Shown one piece after another: positions 49,658 to 59,687 of a DNA stretch of 64,000 nucleotides; position 1 is the first letter of the stretch; every line of letters starts with the position of its first letter. This DNA is from Alphaproteobacteria bacterium. GTDB taxonomy: Bacteria; Pseudomonadota; Alphaproteobacteria; UBA828. The notes below the pieces were generated by a model. It was not told the origin of the DNA, ran no database searches, and saw only the letters and a program-made list of their open reading frames with translations. The stretch covers positions 96,001 through 160,000 of the forward strand of contig CAXXVO010000012.1 of the NCBI GenBank assembly GCA_963422645.2, written 5' to 3'. A program made the position numbers and the translations under genes.

Positions 49658-50128
49658 CTAAAGGGTCGTGCGATCCCCGCTGTCCCACCACGCCCTGAAC
49701 ATGGCATAGGTCTCATCGCCCAGCAGGCGCCGGTAGGGGAGGCTGCGCTGCTCGCTCGCAGTCGCGACCTCTTTGTCCAGCCCGGCGATGTCGATCCCGA
49801 GGTCGGCCGCGTGGGAGAGCAGATTGCCGTAGAACACCCGGTCGATTCGCGCCCACCAGATCGCCGCCGCGCACATCACGCAGGGCTCCCAGGTCGTGTA
49901 GAGCACCGAGCCAGAGAGGTCCCAGTTGCCGGTGCGCTGGCCCGCATCGCGGATGGCGTTGATCTCGCAGTGGCCGGTGGCGTCGTGGGTCTCGGCCACG
50001 TTGTTCCAGCCCTCGCCGATCACCTCGCCGTCCTTCACGATGATGGTCGCGCAGTAGCCGCCTTCGCCCGCCGCCATCTTCTCTTCGCAGAGCGCGATGG
50101 CGCGCCGCATGTAGCCTTCGTGGTCCAT
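49658..50128 (-). CDS. Nucleoside/guanine deaminase (CDA superfamily)
   Basis: D.TGHCEINAIR, EPCVMC..AIWWARI. Confidence 0.88.
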   Translation of the reverse strand: MDHEGYMRRAIALCEEKMAAGEGGYCATIIVKDGEVIGEGWNNVAETHDATGHCEINAIRDAGQRTGNWDLSGSVLYTTWEPCVMCAAAIWWARIDRVFYGNLLSHAADLGIDIAGLDKEVATASEQRSLPYRRLLGDETYAMFRAWWDSGDRTTL

Positions 50129-50142
50129 CGTCCCCTCCCTCG

Positions 50143-51102
50143 TCAGCGCTTGGCCTCGGCCACCGCCTCCGCCAGCACGCACAGGATTTCGAACATCATG
50201 GTCGCGCCCACCAGCGCCGTGTTGCCGCTGGGGTCGAAGGGCGGTGCCACCTCCACCACGTCGCCGCCCACCAAGTTCAGGCCGCGCGTGCCGCGCAGCA
50301 TGCGTTGCGCCTCGTGGGTGGAGAAGCCGCCGATCTCGGGCGTACCGGTGCCGGGCGCGTAGACCGGATCGAGCCCGTCCACGTCGAAGCTGATGTAGGT
50401 CGGGCCATCGCCGACCACAGCGCGCGCCTCCGCCACCACCTTCTCCCAGCCGAGATCGAAATACTCCTCGATGGTGACGACGCGCATCCCCGAGTCGTAA
50501 GCGAAGTCCAGGTCGTGGAGATCGTAGACCGAGCCGCGAATGCCGATCTGGATGGTCCGCTTCGGGTCCAGCAGCCCCTCCTCCACCGCGCGGCGGAAGA
50601 GCGTGCCGTGGGTGATCGTGTGGCCGCCGAAGTAGCTGTCCCAGGTATCGGAATGGGCGTCGAAGTGGATCAGGCCAACAGGACGGTCCCTGGCGATGGC
50701 GCGCATGATCGGGAGCGTAATCAGGTGGTCGCCGCCGGCCGAGAGCGGCACCGCGCCGGCGGCATGCAGGTCGGTGAAGAAGCGCTCGATGCGCCCGATG
50801 GTGTCGTGCAGGTCGATTGGATTGATGCTCGCATCGCCGCAGTCGGCGACCCGGCAAAGCTCGTAGGGGCAGATGCCGAGGATGTGATGGGTGCGCCGCA
50901 TCAGGCTCGACATGTTGCGAATCTCGCGCGGGCCGTGGCGGGCGCCGGCACGGTTGGTGGTGCCGTTGTCCCAGGGCACACCCAACAGCGCGATATCCAC
51001 GGCCGAGAAATCGGTGACGTGGGGTAGCCGCATGAAGGTCGGTATCCCGCTGAAGCGCGGCATGTCCATGCCGCTGACCGGCTCATAGAAGCCCTCGCTC
51101 AT
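50143..51102 (-). CDS. Agmatinase-like ureohydrolase (guanidino-compound hydrolase)
   Basis: GGDH, HFDAHSD, HGT, SFDVDGLDP..APGTG, EVAP; substrate not assignable. Confidence 0.9.
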   Translation of the reverse strand: MSEGFYEPVSGMDMPRFSGIPTFMRLPHVTDFSAVDIALLGVPWDNGTTNRAGARHGPREIRNMSSLMRRTHHILGICPYELCRVADCGDASINPIDLHDTIGRIERFFTDLHAAGAVPLSAGGDHLITLPIMRAIARDRPVGLIHFDAHSDTWDSYFGGHTITHGTLFRRAVEEGLLDPKRTIQIGIRGSVYDLHDLDFAYDSGMRVVTIEEYFDLGWEKVVAEARAVVGDGPTYISFDVDGLDPVYAPGTGTPEIGGFSTHEAQRMLRGTRGLNLVGGDVVEVAPPFDPSGNTALVGATMMFEILCVLAEAVAEAKR

Positions 51103-51119
51103 GGCTGGCGTTCCCTTCC

Positions 51120-51920
51120 CTATTCGGCGGCGATGTCCTGGCGTCGCAGTCCGAAAATCTCGATCAGCGCGGCGCTCATGCCGTCCACGTAGTCGGCGAC
51201 GAAGCGCTCGCCCTTCTCCGCCGTCGCGGCAACGGAGGGCGAGAGCGCCCCGGTCCAGGGCACCCGCGACGTGTCCGTCGGGTAGATGTCGTAGAGCGGG
51301 AAGTCCGCCGGCGGATGGTCTGGCGCCTTCGTCATGTCCACGAGCTTCGGGTAGAGGTGCAGCATGACCGAAGTCTCCATCAGGCCCGCGTGTTCCAGCG
51401 GCCATCCGGGGAAGCCTTCGGGCCATGCGGCCTCCATGGTCTCTTCGGTGACATATTCCCAATAGGGGATCTTGGCGATCCTCATGTCGTGGATGCCGTC
51501 TCGCCGGAGCCCGCGCAACGCGAGGTCGATCCCCTCCACCAGGAACATGTTGTTCTCGTAGTGGCCGTCCACCACCGCCATGCGGCGCACGCCGTGGCGC
51601 GCGAACTCGCTGACGATATCGCGGACCATGTGGATCAGGGTCTCGCCGTCGAGGCTGGTGGTGCCGGGAAAATGGTTGCCGCCGCCGGACTTCGGCTGTG
51701 ACTTGTAACCGTAGCAGAGGGTCGGCGCGACTAGGTCGCCGGTGCGGGCAGCGACCCGCTCGGCGAGCGCGGTCGGGATCGCGGCGTCGCAGTTCATGGG
51801 CAGATGCGGCCCGTGCTGCTCCAGCGAGCCGACCGGAAGGATCACCACCGGCTGCTCCTCCCGCACGCGCCGGTCATACTCGGTCCAGTCGATCTCAGCG
51901 ACACGCACGGAGCGGGTCAT
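51120..51920 (-). CDS. Creatininase (creatinine amidohydrolase)
   Basis: GSLEQHGPHLP..D, YGYKSQPKSGGGNHFPGT, GHYEN, EHAG..ETS. Confidence 0.9.
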   Translation of the reverse strand: MTRSVRVAEIDWTEYDRRVREEQPVVILPVGSLEQHGPHLPMNCDAAIPTALAERVAARTGDLVAPTLCYGYKSQPKSGGGNHFPGTTSLDGETLIHMVRDIVSEFARHGVRRMAVVDGHYENNMFLVEGIDLALRGLRRDGIHDMRIAKIPYWEYVTEETMEAAWPEGFPGWPLEHAGLMETSVMLHLYPKLVDMTKAPDHPPADFPLYDIYPTDTSRVPWTGALSPSVAATAEKGERFVADYVDGMSAALIEIFGLRRQDIAAE

Positions 51921-51952
51921 GGCGGCCTCCTCTTCGCGCTTGGCCGGCAGCT

Positions 51953-53479
51953 TTACCGGTTGGTCGGCCAGCGCGGCTGATTGTCGCTGCCCCAGCGGTT
52001 GATTCCGATATCGGTCTCGGCGCAGCGACGCCAGACCTCGGCAAGGGGCGGGATGAACGCCTTGTTCTTCGCCTCCAACCGCTCCTGATCGGCCTTGATG
52101 GCCGGCATCATGTCGCGCAGCTCGTCCATCAGCGCCTCTTCGTCGACCCGCGTGAGCCTGCCATCCTCCACCATGATCTCGCCGTTGACGATCACCGTCT
52201 CCACCGAGGAGCCATTCTCGCAATAGACCAGGTGGTTGCGCACATCGTTGAGCGGCGTGAAGTTGGCCGTGCGCATGTCGAGGATCGCCATATCGGCGCG
52301 CTTGCCGGGCTCCAGCGAGCCGATCTCGTCCTCCATGAGCACGCTGTAGGCGCCGCCGAGGGTCGCTGCGTGCAGCACCTCGTGGGCGTCGAGCCAGTAG
52401 GCGTTGTCGGGCGAAGAGATGTTGTGCATCAGGCCCGCGCACTGCATCACGCTGAACATGCGCGGCGTGTCGCTGGTGGACATCCCGTCCGAGCCCAGCG
52501 CCAGATTGACGCCGGAGTCGAGCAGCCGGCGCACCGCGCAGATGCCCGAGCCGAGCTTGAGGTTGGAGAGCGCGTTGTGGACCACCGAGCAGCGCGCCTC
52601 GCCCATCAGCGCGATGTCGTCGTCGGTGAGCCAGATGCCGTGCGCGATGGTGGTGTTGCGATTGAGCAGGCCGAGATCGTGCATGTAGCGGATCAGGGTC
52701 TTGCCGTAGAGCTCGCGGCCCGTGACCGCCTGAACCTTCGATTCCAGGATATGGGTGTGGAAGGGCAGCCCGTTCGCGCGCGCGAACTCGTCGGCGGCAT
52801 GCATCAGGGGCTCGGTGCAGCGCTGGGGGCCGGAGGGTGCCGGCATGAAGCGGAGCCTGCCGGCCCGGTTGTGATAGAGGGAGAGCGCCTCCTCGCAGAA
52901 CGCGACGAACTCGTCCGCCGTCGGCGGCTCCATCTCGTCGATCTCTCTCTTGAGTTCGCCCGGCAGAAGGTCGTTCAGATAGACGATCGAGTCGGGCAGC
53001 TTGCGGTTGATCACGTGGCCCGAGATGGAGGCGCGCAAGCCCACATCCTCGTAGGCCTGAAACACCGCGCCGATGCTCTCCATGGACTGCAGCGGGAATT
53101 CGAGAATGTCGTCGGAGAAGAATGTCACGCCCGTCTTGATCGCATCCATGGCGCAGAGCGCCGAGCGCAGATAGATCATGCGCGGGGTAAGCTCGGCGGC
53201 GCCAAGGATGCCGTATGCGAGCGTCATCCAGAGCTCCAGCGGCATGTTGTCGTAGCGCCCCTTGGCGAAGGCCTCCGGCGTGTGGATGTGGCCGTTGATG
53301 AGGCCGGGGATTACCAGCTTGCCCTGGCCGGGAATCACCCGTTCGGCCTCGACGTCGGGTGCGGTCTCGCCGATGGCGGCGATGCGCTCGCCCTCGATCA
53401 GGATGTTGCCCTGGAAGGGCTCGCTCCCGTGCTCCGGGTCCATCGAAACGATGGTGGCCCCCTCGATCAGTATGGACAT
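51953..53479 (-). CDS. Amidohydrolase, AtzA/SsnA (deaminase-like) family
   Basis: PGLINGHIH, H.H..E, AHG.W, SN.KLGSG, LGSDG, GSLE.GK.AD. Confidence 0.88.
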   Translation of the reverse strand: MSILIEGATIVSMDPEHGSEPFQGNILIEGERIAAIGETAPDVEAERVIPGQGKLVIPGLINGHIHTPEAFAKGRYDNMPLELWMTLAYGILGAAELTPRMIYLRSALCAMDAIKTGVTFFSDDILEFPLQSMESIGAVFQAYEDVGLRASISGHVINRKLPDSIVYLNDLLPGELKREIDEMEPPTADEFVAFCEEALSLYHNRAGRLRFMPAPSGPQRCTEPLMHAADEFARANGLPFHTHILESKVQAVTGRELYGKTLIRYMHDLGLLNRNTTIAHGIWLTDDDIALMGEARCSVVHNALSNLKLGSGICAVRRLLDSGVNLALGSDGMSTSDTPRMFSVMQCAGLMHNISSPDNAYWLDAHEVLHAATLGGAYSVLMEDEIGSLEPGKRADMAILDMRTANFTPLNDVRNHLVYCENGSSVETVIVNGEIMVEDGRLTRVDEEALMDELRDMMPAIKADQERLEAKNKAFIPPLAEVWRRCAETDIGINRWGSDNQPRWPTNR

Positions 53480-53512
53480 GCTCTCCCCTCCCCCGTTTCC
53501 GGCGCCTCGAAC

Positions 53513-54598
53513 TCACGCCGGCAGCACATAGGTATCCTCCGCCCGCCAGGACGCGCGAAATGTCTGGCCCGGCGTGATGTCGACCGTGTCGAGCTCGTGC
53601 GCCTGCTTCTGGACGCGAAACACCGCACCGCCGCCGATATCGAGGTGCAGCGTCACCACCGAGCCGATGAACTCCTCGCTGATCACGGTGCCGGTGACGG
53701 CGTTGTTGTGCGCCTCGGTCTCCGCGTTGAGGGCGACCCGGTCGGCGCTCACCACCAGATTGAGCGACTCGCCCAGCGCCGGCGCGCGCGCCGGCGGCAC
53801 CGCAGCTTCGACACCGCCGTGGGCGGTCTCCACGCCGATGCGCCCGCCATCGGCGGAGCGCACGCGCCCTTCGATGATGTTGTTGGTGCCGACGAACTCG
53901 GCGACGAAGCGGTTGGCGGGCGCGCGGTAGACCTCGCGCGGCGCGCCGATCTGCTGGATGAGGCCCGCGTCCATGATGACGACGCGGCTCGCCATGGCAA
54001 AGGCCTCGGACTGGTTGTGGGTCACGTAGACGAAGGTGATGCCGAGCCGGCGCTGAAGCTCGGTAATCTCCGCCTGCATTCGGACCCTGAGATGGGCATC
54101 CAGCGCGCTCAACGGCTCGTCGAGCAGGAGGATGCGCGGCTCGGTTACCAGTGCACGAGCGAGCGCCACCCGCTGCCGCTCGCCGCCGGAGAGCTGTGCG
54201 ATGTTGCGGTTGGCGTAATCGGCGATGCCGACCTGCTCCAGCCACTTGAGCGCCCTCGCGCGCCGCTCCCTGGCCGGCATGCGGCGCATCTTCAGGCCGA
54301 ATTCGACATTCCCGCGCACGCTGAGATAGGGGAAGAGCGCGAGGCTCTGCCACACCATGGGTGTGTCGCGTTCCCAGGGCTTGCGCTCGTTGATTCGCTC
54401 GCCGTTGAGCCGCACCTCCCCGCTGGTGGGCTCCTCAAGGCCTGCGATCATGCGCAGCGTCGTGGTTTTGCCGCAGCCGGACGGCCCCATGAGCGCGATG
54501 AACTCGCCCTCCGCGATTTCCAGGTCAATTCCGCTCACGGCCTCGTGCTCGCCGAAGCGCTTGGTCAGGCCATCGAGCTCCAACAGGGGTTCAACCAT
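53513..54598 (-). CDS. ABC transporter ATP-binding protein (PotA-like)
   Basis: GPSGCGKT, LSGGE, LLLDEP, TOBE-like C-terminus. Confidence 0.93.
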   Translation of the reverse strand: MVEPLLELDGLTKRFGEHEAVSGIDLEIAEGEFIALMGPSGCGKTTTLRMIAGLEEPTSGEVRLNGERINERKPWERDTPMVWQSLALFPYLSVRGNVEFGLKMRRMPARERRARALKWLEQVGIADYANRNIAQLSGGERQRVALARALVTEPRILLLDEPLSALDAHLRVRMQAEITELQRRLGITFVYVTHNQSEAFAMASRVVIMDAGLIQQIGAPREVYRAPANRFVAEFVGTNNIIEGRVRSADGGRIGVETAHGGVEAAVPPARAPALGESLNLVVSADRVALNAETEAHNNAVTGTVISEEFIGSVVTLHLDIGGGAVFRVQKQAHELDTVDITPGQTFRASWRAEDTYVLPA

Positions 54599-54612
54599 CG
54601 CGCGATACCTGG

Positions 54613-54699
54613 CTAGACCGGTGCCCTGAGGCGGCCGAGCAAGCGAGCGCCGTCGACTTGCTCAAGGACCGAGGTATCAAACTCGAAGCGATGACTCAT
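54613..54699 (-). pseudogene. PIN/VapC toxin N-terminal remnant
   Basis: MSHRFEFDTSVL start (DTSV motif) overlapping the antitoxin end; then runs into the duplicated permease tail. Confidence 0.5.
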
Positions 54700-54919
54700 G
54701 AGCCTGCTCGCGGACGCGTGCCAGTTCGAAAGAACCTCGTCCACGCCTGAGCTTGCCGCGCAACGGCGCGAGGCGTGCATGACCGAGACGCCGGTGCTGC
54801 GGCAAAAAGCCGCTCGAGTCCTCCTGCAGTTCGAGCTGGTCGCCGTACTTGATGCCCGTAGCCTTCAGGACGCGAGCTGCCAAGGCGGCCAAGTGTCTCA
54901 ATGTCACAGTCACAAACAT
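54677..54919 (-). pseudogene. AbrB/MazE (VapB-like) antitoxin, degenerate
   Basis: MFV.VT......ARVL.A.GIK.GD.LEL.E...GF pattern. Confidence 0.6.
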
Positions 54920-54944
54920 CACCCTTCTCCGCACCGCCCCCCCC

Positions 54945-55754
54945 CTAAACCGGTGCCTTGAGGCGGCCGGTGCCGCGGCGGGTCAGCAGAAAGACCTGCG
55001 CCAGGATAACGAGCGTGATGGAAACCGCGAAGCAGACGCTGCCGACCGCGTTGATCCGGGGGCTCACCTGCCCCTGCATCATGTTCAGCACGCGCACGGG
55101 CAGGGTCTCGTTCACGCCGCCGACAAAGAACGCGATCATGAACTCATCGAACGAGACGGCTGCGGTGAGGAAGAGCGCCGCGAAGATCGAGGGCATGGTG
55201 AAGGGCAGGATCACGTACACCATCGCCCGCCAGTTGGTGGCGCCGAGGTTCCAGGCGGCCCGCTCCAGGTCCGGGTCCATCTGCGAGAGGCGCAGGCGGA
55301 TCAGCGCCATGGCGAAGGGCGTGCAGTACACCACGTGCGAGAAGATCACCGAGTGGAGCTCGCCCACCAGGCTCACACGGCCCAGGAACATCAGCATGAC
55401 AAGCCCTAGAATCAGCACCGGAATCGTCGGCGGCAGCAGGGCCAGGGCGAGGTAGACGTTCTTGCCGAAGAAGCGGTAGCGGAAGTCGGTGTACGCGGTC
55501 GCAAAGCCGATGAAGGTGGAGATGGCCGCGACCGAGAGCCCGACGATGATGCTGGAGCGAAAAGCGCGCGGCACCGGCGCCTCGTTCCAGATCGCCTCGT
55601 ACCAGACCGTGGAGAAGGTCTCGATCGGCAGGACCGGGAAGCGCCCCTCGTTGAAGGAGAAGATGAAGCTGATCACGATCGGCACGAAGATGAAGCCGAG
55701 CGCCACGAACACGTAGCCCAGAAGCGAGCCGCGGATGATGCGGTCGAGGCTCAT
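54945..55754 (-). CDS. ABC transporter permease (PotC-like)
   Basis: LERAA.NLGA EAA loop, SFDEF, TLPV. Confidence 0.92.
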   Translation of the reverse strand: MSLDRIIRGSLLGYVFVALGFIFVPIVISFIFSFNEGRFPVLPIETFSTVWYEAIWNEAPVPRAFRSSIIVGLSVAAISTFIGFATAYTDFRYRFFGKNVYLALALLPPTIPVLILGLVMLMFLGRVSLVGELHSVIFSHVVYCTPFAMALIRLRLSQMDPDLERAAWNLGATNWRAMVYVILPFTMPSIFAALFLTAAVSFDEFMIAFFVGGVNETLPVRVLNMMQGQVSPRINAVGSVCFAVSITLVILAQVFLLTRRGTGRLKAPV

Positions 55755-56647
55755 CGCCGCGCCCGCCCGTGGCCGTAAGCGAAATAGAGCGCGGTGAAGG
55801 CGACCACGATGAGGGTCGCCACCATGGTCACCGCCACCACCGCGGCGCGCGGCCAGTGATTGCCCTGTTTCACCGTGTCTACGATCAGAATACTGAGCGT
55901 CGGCGGCCTGCTCCCGCCGAGGCTCACCGGGCTCACGAAGTCGCCGAAGCAGAGGATGAAGGTGAAGGTCGCGGCCAGGATCAAGCCCACCTTGGCCGAC
56001 GGGATGATCACCAGGAAGATGGTCCTTATCCGCCCGCAGCCGAGATTGTGAGCGGCTTCGATCAGGCTCCGGTCGATGTTCGCCAGGCTGAAGAGCTGGA
56101 GCAGGATGACCAGCGGCAGGCAGAGCGTCAGATAGCCGACCACGGTGCCGAAGAGCGTGTTCAGCATCTCCACCGGGCCGAAGCCGAGAAAGTCGAAGAG
56201 CGTGTTCAGGATGCCGTTGTCGGAGATCACCGCCTGCCAGGAATAGACCCGCACGACGTAGCTGGTGAAGAAGGGCGTGATGAGCAGGAAGATCCCGAGG
56301 CGCCGCGTCGCGGGCGAGACCTTGAAGGCGAGCGCGTAGGATGCGGGAAAAGCCAAGACACTGCACACCACGGCCGCGAGCACACCGTAGCCGAGCGTGC
56401 GCAGATAGGTGTCCACGACATAGCCCTTGCTCCACATATTGACCCAGTTGACGGTGTCGAAATCGGGCTCGAGCCGGAAGTTCTTCACCGACCAGAAGGT
56501 CATCACGACGAGGAACGCGAGCGGGGCGAGGAAAAACACCCCCTGCCAGAGCGCGAGCGGCAGGCCCCAGAAGAGCGCGTAAGCGTCGGGCCGAGATGCG
56601 TTGCGGCCGGCGGAGGCCGTTACGCCTTCAGTCTCGGCAACAGCCAT
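55751..56647 (-). CDS. ABC transporter permease (PotB-like)
   Basis: PFFTSYVVRVYSW, LIEAA.NLG. Confidence 0.92.
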   Translation of the reverse strand: MAVAETEGVTASAGRNASRPDAYALFWGLPLALWQGVFFLAPLAFLVVMTFWSVKNFRLEPDFDTVNWVNMWSKGYVVDTYLRTLGYGVLAAVVCSVLAFPASYALAFKVSPATRRLGIFLLITPFFTSYVVRVYSWQAVISDNGILNTLFDFLGFGPVEMLNTLFGTVVGYLTLCLPLVILLQLFSLANIDRSLIEAAHNLGCGRIRTIFLVIIPSAKVGLILAATFTFILCFGDFVSPVSLGGSRPPTLSILIVDTVKQGNHWPRAAVVAVTMVATLIVVAFTALYFAYGHGRARR

Positions 56648-56678
56648 GAACTAGGTCGTGTACGCGCACCCGGAAATT

Positions 56679-56703
56679 GGGGGGCCGCGAACGCGCGGCC
56701 CCC
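56679..56703. terminator. Intra-operon hairpin after the substrate-binding gene (mRNA stabiliser/attenuator)
   Basis: GGGGGCCGCG-AACG-CGCGGCCCCC. Confidence 0.5.
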
Positions 56704-56711
56704 GCTTGACG

Positions 56712-57860
56712 TTAAATGTTCTTGTATTCGTTCCAGACCTCGGTCCAGTCGTCGATCGACTGCTGCTCCGGGGTCTTGCGAAGCTGGATCTTGCCGTCCT
56801 TGTACTCGTCCATGACGTTCCGCTTGTCGAAGCGGTGCCGCAGCAGGTCGGACAATTCGGGATCGTTCTCGTTGAGCGCCTCCCAACCCTTCTTGTTCGG
56901 AATCGAGGCGTTGTAGGAGGGCTTGGCCGCGACGCGCCACTGCCCCTCGGGGCTGGCCAGGTACTGAATGAACTTCGCGGCCAGGTCCTGCTTCTCGGAC
57001 CCGGCGCCGATCGAGCACGACTCGGTCCACTGGATACCGCCCTCATCCGGGATGGTGGTGGTGATCGGCAGGCCGCCCCTGTGCAGGATGATCGAGATCC
57101 ACTCGCCGATGCCGGGCATGACCCAGGCGTCCTGGTTGGTCATCGAGGTGAACACGTCGGCCATGGCGTAATAGCCGGCAAGCTGCGGCGCCAACGAGAA
57201 GGTGGTGTCGCGCAGCTTGTCGAACGCCGCGTCGTCGATGTTGAAGGGGTCCTTGTTGCCGTTGTAGAGGCTCAGGCACCCCATGGTCGGCAGATACCAG
57301 TCGAAGTGGCCGACCTTGCCCTTCACCTTGTCTTCCCACATTACGCCGTAGCTGCTGCAATCCGCCTCGCTGAGGTGATCGGTGTTGTGGACGAGGCCGA
57401 GATAGCCGAAGTCCACCATCACCGAGTAGAGATCGCCGTCCAGCCAGTGGCCCTCGAGTTGCTGGAACTCGGGCCAGAAGTCGTCGAAGGGATAGTCGGC
57501 CGGGTTCATCTTGTCGATGAAGCCGGCATCGCGCAGCTGCACGATGTACTCGCGGTCAGACAGAATGACGTCGTAGGTGCCGGGCGGCGACTGGTTGACG
57601 AGGGCGAGCATTTGCTCGCCGCCGACATATTCCTTGCCGACGATCTTGACGCCGTGCTCCTGCTCGAAGGGCTCGACGATGAAGGGGTCGGCATGGCCCG
57701 GCCAGCTCAGATAAGTGAGCGTGTTTTCCTGCGCGCCGGCCCGGCGGCCGGCGAGGGTGCTGGAGAGCGCCGCCGTGCCGGCGACCGCCGTTGCACCCTT
57801 CAAGAATCCGCGCCGCGACAGGCGCCAGCCGCGCGGGTCACTGTTCCACATGTTACCCAT
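56712..57860 (-). CDS. Tat-exported ABC substrate-binding protein (PotD/F-like)
   Basis: SRRGFLK Tat motif, L..LSW.G, P.EG...W. Confidence 0.9.
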   Translation of the reverse strand: MGNMWNSDPRGWRLSRRGFLKGATAVAGTAALSSTLAGRRAGAQENTLTYLSWPGHADPFIVEPFEQEHGVKIVGKEYVGGEQMLALVNQSPPGTYDVILSDREYIVQLRDAGFIDKMNPADYPFDDFWPEFQQLEGHWLDGDLYSVMVDFGYLGLVHNTDHLSEADCSSYGVMWEDKVKGKVGHFDWYLPTMGCLSLYNGNKDPFNIDDAAFDKLRDTTFSLAPQLAGYYAMADVFTSMTNQDAWVMPGIGEWISIILHRGGLPITTTIPDEGGIQWTESCSIGAGSEKQDLAAKFIQYLASPEGQWRVAAKPSYNASIPNKKGWEALNENDPELSDLLRHRFDKRNVMDEYKDGKIQLRKTPEQQSIDDWTEVWNEYKNI

Positions 57861-57963
57861 GAAGTTTCTCCCCTACATGTTCTCTGGTCATTGTAGCAGA
57901 ACTGGCCTATCTCCCCACCGTCACGGCGCGGCCTTCATTACCGCGCGCCACGGGAGAAGAGCA

Positions 57964-59007
57964 GTGCTGCAACTCGGGCTCGTGCTCGGCTATTCTGGCC
58001 GGGACTTCGCCATCGACATTGACCTGATCCGCGAGGCGGAGTCTCTCGGCTACCAGTCGATCTGGACCTCCGAGGCTTATGGCTCGGACGCGGTGACTCC
58101 GGCCGCCTGGATCCTGGCCCAGACCGAGCGGATGACGGTCGGCACCGCGCTCATGCAGATGCCGGCGCGCACGCCGGCCTGCGCCGCCATGACCGCGATG
58201 ACCCTGCAAGCGCTCTCGGGCGGCCGCTTCGTACTCGGCGTCGGGCCGTCCGGGCCGCAGGTGATCGAGGGCTGGCACGGGGTCGCTTACGGCAAGCCTC
58301 ACGAGCGGCTTCGGGAATACGTCTCGATCGTGCGCCGCATCGTGGCGCGGGAGGAGCCGGTCGTCCACGAGGGCATGCACTACGCCATGCCCTATCGCGG
58401 CCCGGATTCCACCGGGCTCGGCAAGCCGTTGAAGAGCATCATCCACGCCCGCCAACCGCTTCCGATCTACACCGGTTCGGTCTCGCCTGCGGGTCTGAGG
58501 CTCGCCGGCGAGATCACCGACGGCCTGTTCCCGCTATTCATGATGCCGGAGCGCGCTCACGTCTATCGCGAGCCGCTGGTCGAGGGCTTCCGCCGGGGCG
58601 GCCACGGCGAGCGGCGCGAGGACTTCGCCATCGCCCCCTTCGTCGACGTGAAGATCGACGACGATCACACCCGCGCCCTGCTCTCGGTTAAGCAGTCGCT
58701 CGCACTCTACGTCGGCGGCATGGGCGCACGGGGCCGCAACTTCTACAACGACTACGCGCGCCGGCTCGGCTTCGGCGAGGCCGCCGAAGTCATCCAGGAC
58801 CGCTTTCTCGCCGGCGACAAGCAAGGCGCGGTGATGGCCGTGCCCGACGAGTTCGCCGACGGCATCGCCCTGGTCGGGCCGAAGGCGCACATCAGGGAGC
58901 GGCTTGCGGCATGGAAGCAGGCGGAGGCCGAGGGCTCAGTGACGGCGCTCCTGCTCGCCGGCGCCGGGCGCGAGGAAATCCGCTTCCTCGCCGAGGAGCT
59001 TCTCTAA
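57964..59007 (+). CDS. LLM-class (luciferase-like, F420-type) oxidoreductase
   Basis: W.SEAYGSDA, LSGGRF.LG.G.SGPQV.EGWHG, LYVGGMGA. Confidence 0.88.
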   Translation: MLQLGLVLGYSGRDFAIDIDLIREAESLGYQSIWTSEAYGSDAVTPAAWILAQTERMTVGTALMQMPARTPACAAMTAMTLQALSGGRFVLGVGPSGPQVIEGWHGVAYGKPHERLREYVSIVRRIVAREEPVVHEGMHYAMPYRGPDSTGLGKPLKSIIHARQPLPIYTGSVSPAGLRLAGEITDGLFPLFMMPERAHVYREPLVEGFRRGGHGERREDFAIAPFVDVKIDDDHTRALLSVKQSLALYVGGMGARGRNFYNDYARRLGFGEAAEVIQDRFLAGDKQGAVMAVPDEFADGIALVGPKAHIRERLAAWKQAEAEGSVTALLLAGAGREEIRFLAEELL

Positions 59008-59033
59008 CGGGGATTGTCGGCGGGAGGCGCACC

Positions 59034-59687
59034 GTGAGGCGCTGGCTGATCGGGCCGGCGCTCGCGGTCTGCGCCGCCCTGCTCGCCACCTGCGAAACCG
59101 CGCCGCCGCCGATCGCGCCCGACGACGAGGGCCCGCGCACCCACCTCATCCAGGTTGCCAGCAACGGCTGGCACACGGCGATCGTCGTGCCCGTGCCGGC
59201 AATCGCAGCCACCGGCCTGCTACCCGAGACGGCGGACTTCCCCGGCGCCCGCTTTCTCGAATTTGGATGGGGGGACCGCGTCTACTATCCGGCGGAGGAG
59301 AAGTCCATCGGCATGACCCTCGCCGCCGCGCTTGCGCCGACTCCGGCGGTGATGCACATGGCGGGGCTCGCGGACGCGCCGAGAGAGGGCGGTTCCAGCC
59401 GCGAGGTCGTCACTGTGGCGCTAACCGAGGCTGGCTTTCTCAGACTGATCGAAGCGCTCGCGGCGGAGTTCGAGCGCTCCGCTGGCGGCCGTGCCGCCTC
59501 CGTCGCTCGCGGCCTCTATCCGGGCAGCCGCTTCTACAACGCCCGCGGCTCGTTCCACCTTCTCAACACGTGTAACACCTGGACGGCGCGCATGTTGCAC
59601 GCCGCCGGCGTCGCCGTCTCTCCCTCGGGTGTCGTGACCGCCGACGGGCTGATGTCCCGCCTGCGGGCGGCGCTAGCCGTCTATTGA
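59034..59687 (+). CDS. DUF2459-like lipoprotein
   Basis: Lipobox-like LATC, SNGWHT.I, FGWGD..YY, NTCNTW. Confidence 0.75.
   Translation: MRRWLIGPALAVCAALLATCETAPPPIAPDDEGPRTHLIQVASNGWHTAIVVPVPAIAATGLLPETADFPGARFLEFGWGDRVYYPAEEKSIGMTLAAALAPTPAVMHMAGLADAPREGGSSREVVTVALTEAGFLRLIEALAAEFERSAGGRAASVARGLYPGSRFYNARGSFHLLNTCNTWTARMLHAAGVAVSPSGVVTADGLMSRLRAALAVY

Noticed and set aside
51120-54616. Very long ORFs of 1077 aa (-) and 972 aa (+)
   Set aside because: High-GC off-frame/antisense shadows of real genes; only the 3' 267 codons of the minus ORF (creatininase) are genuine.
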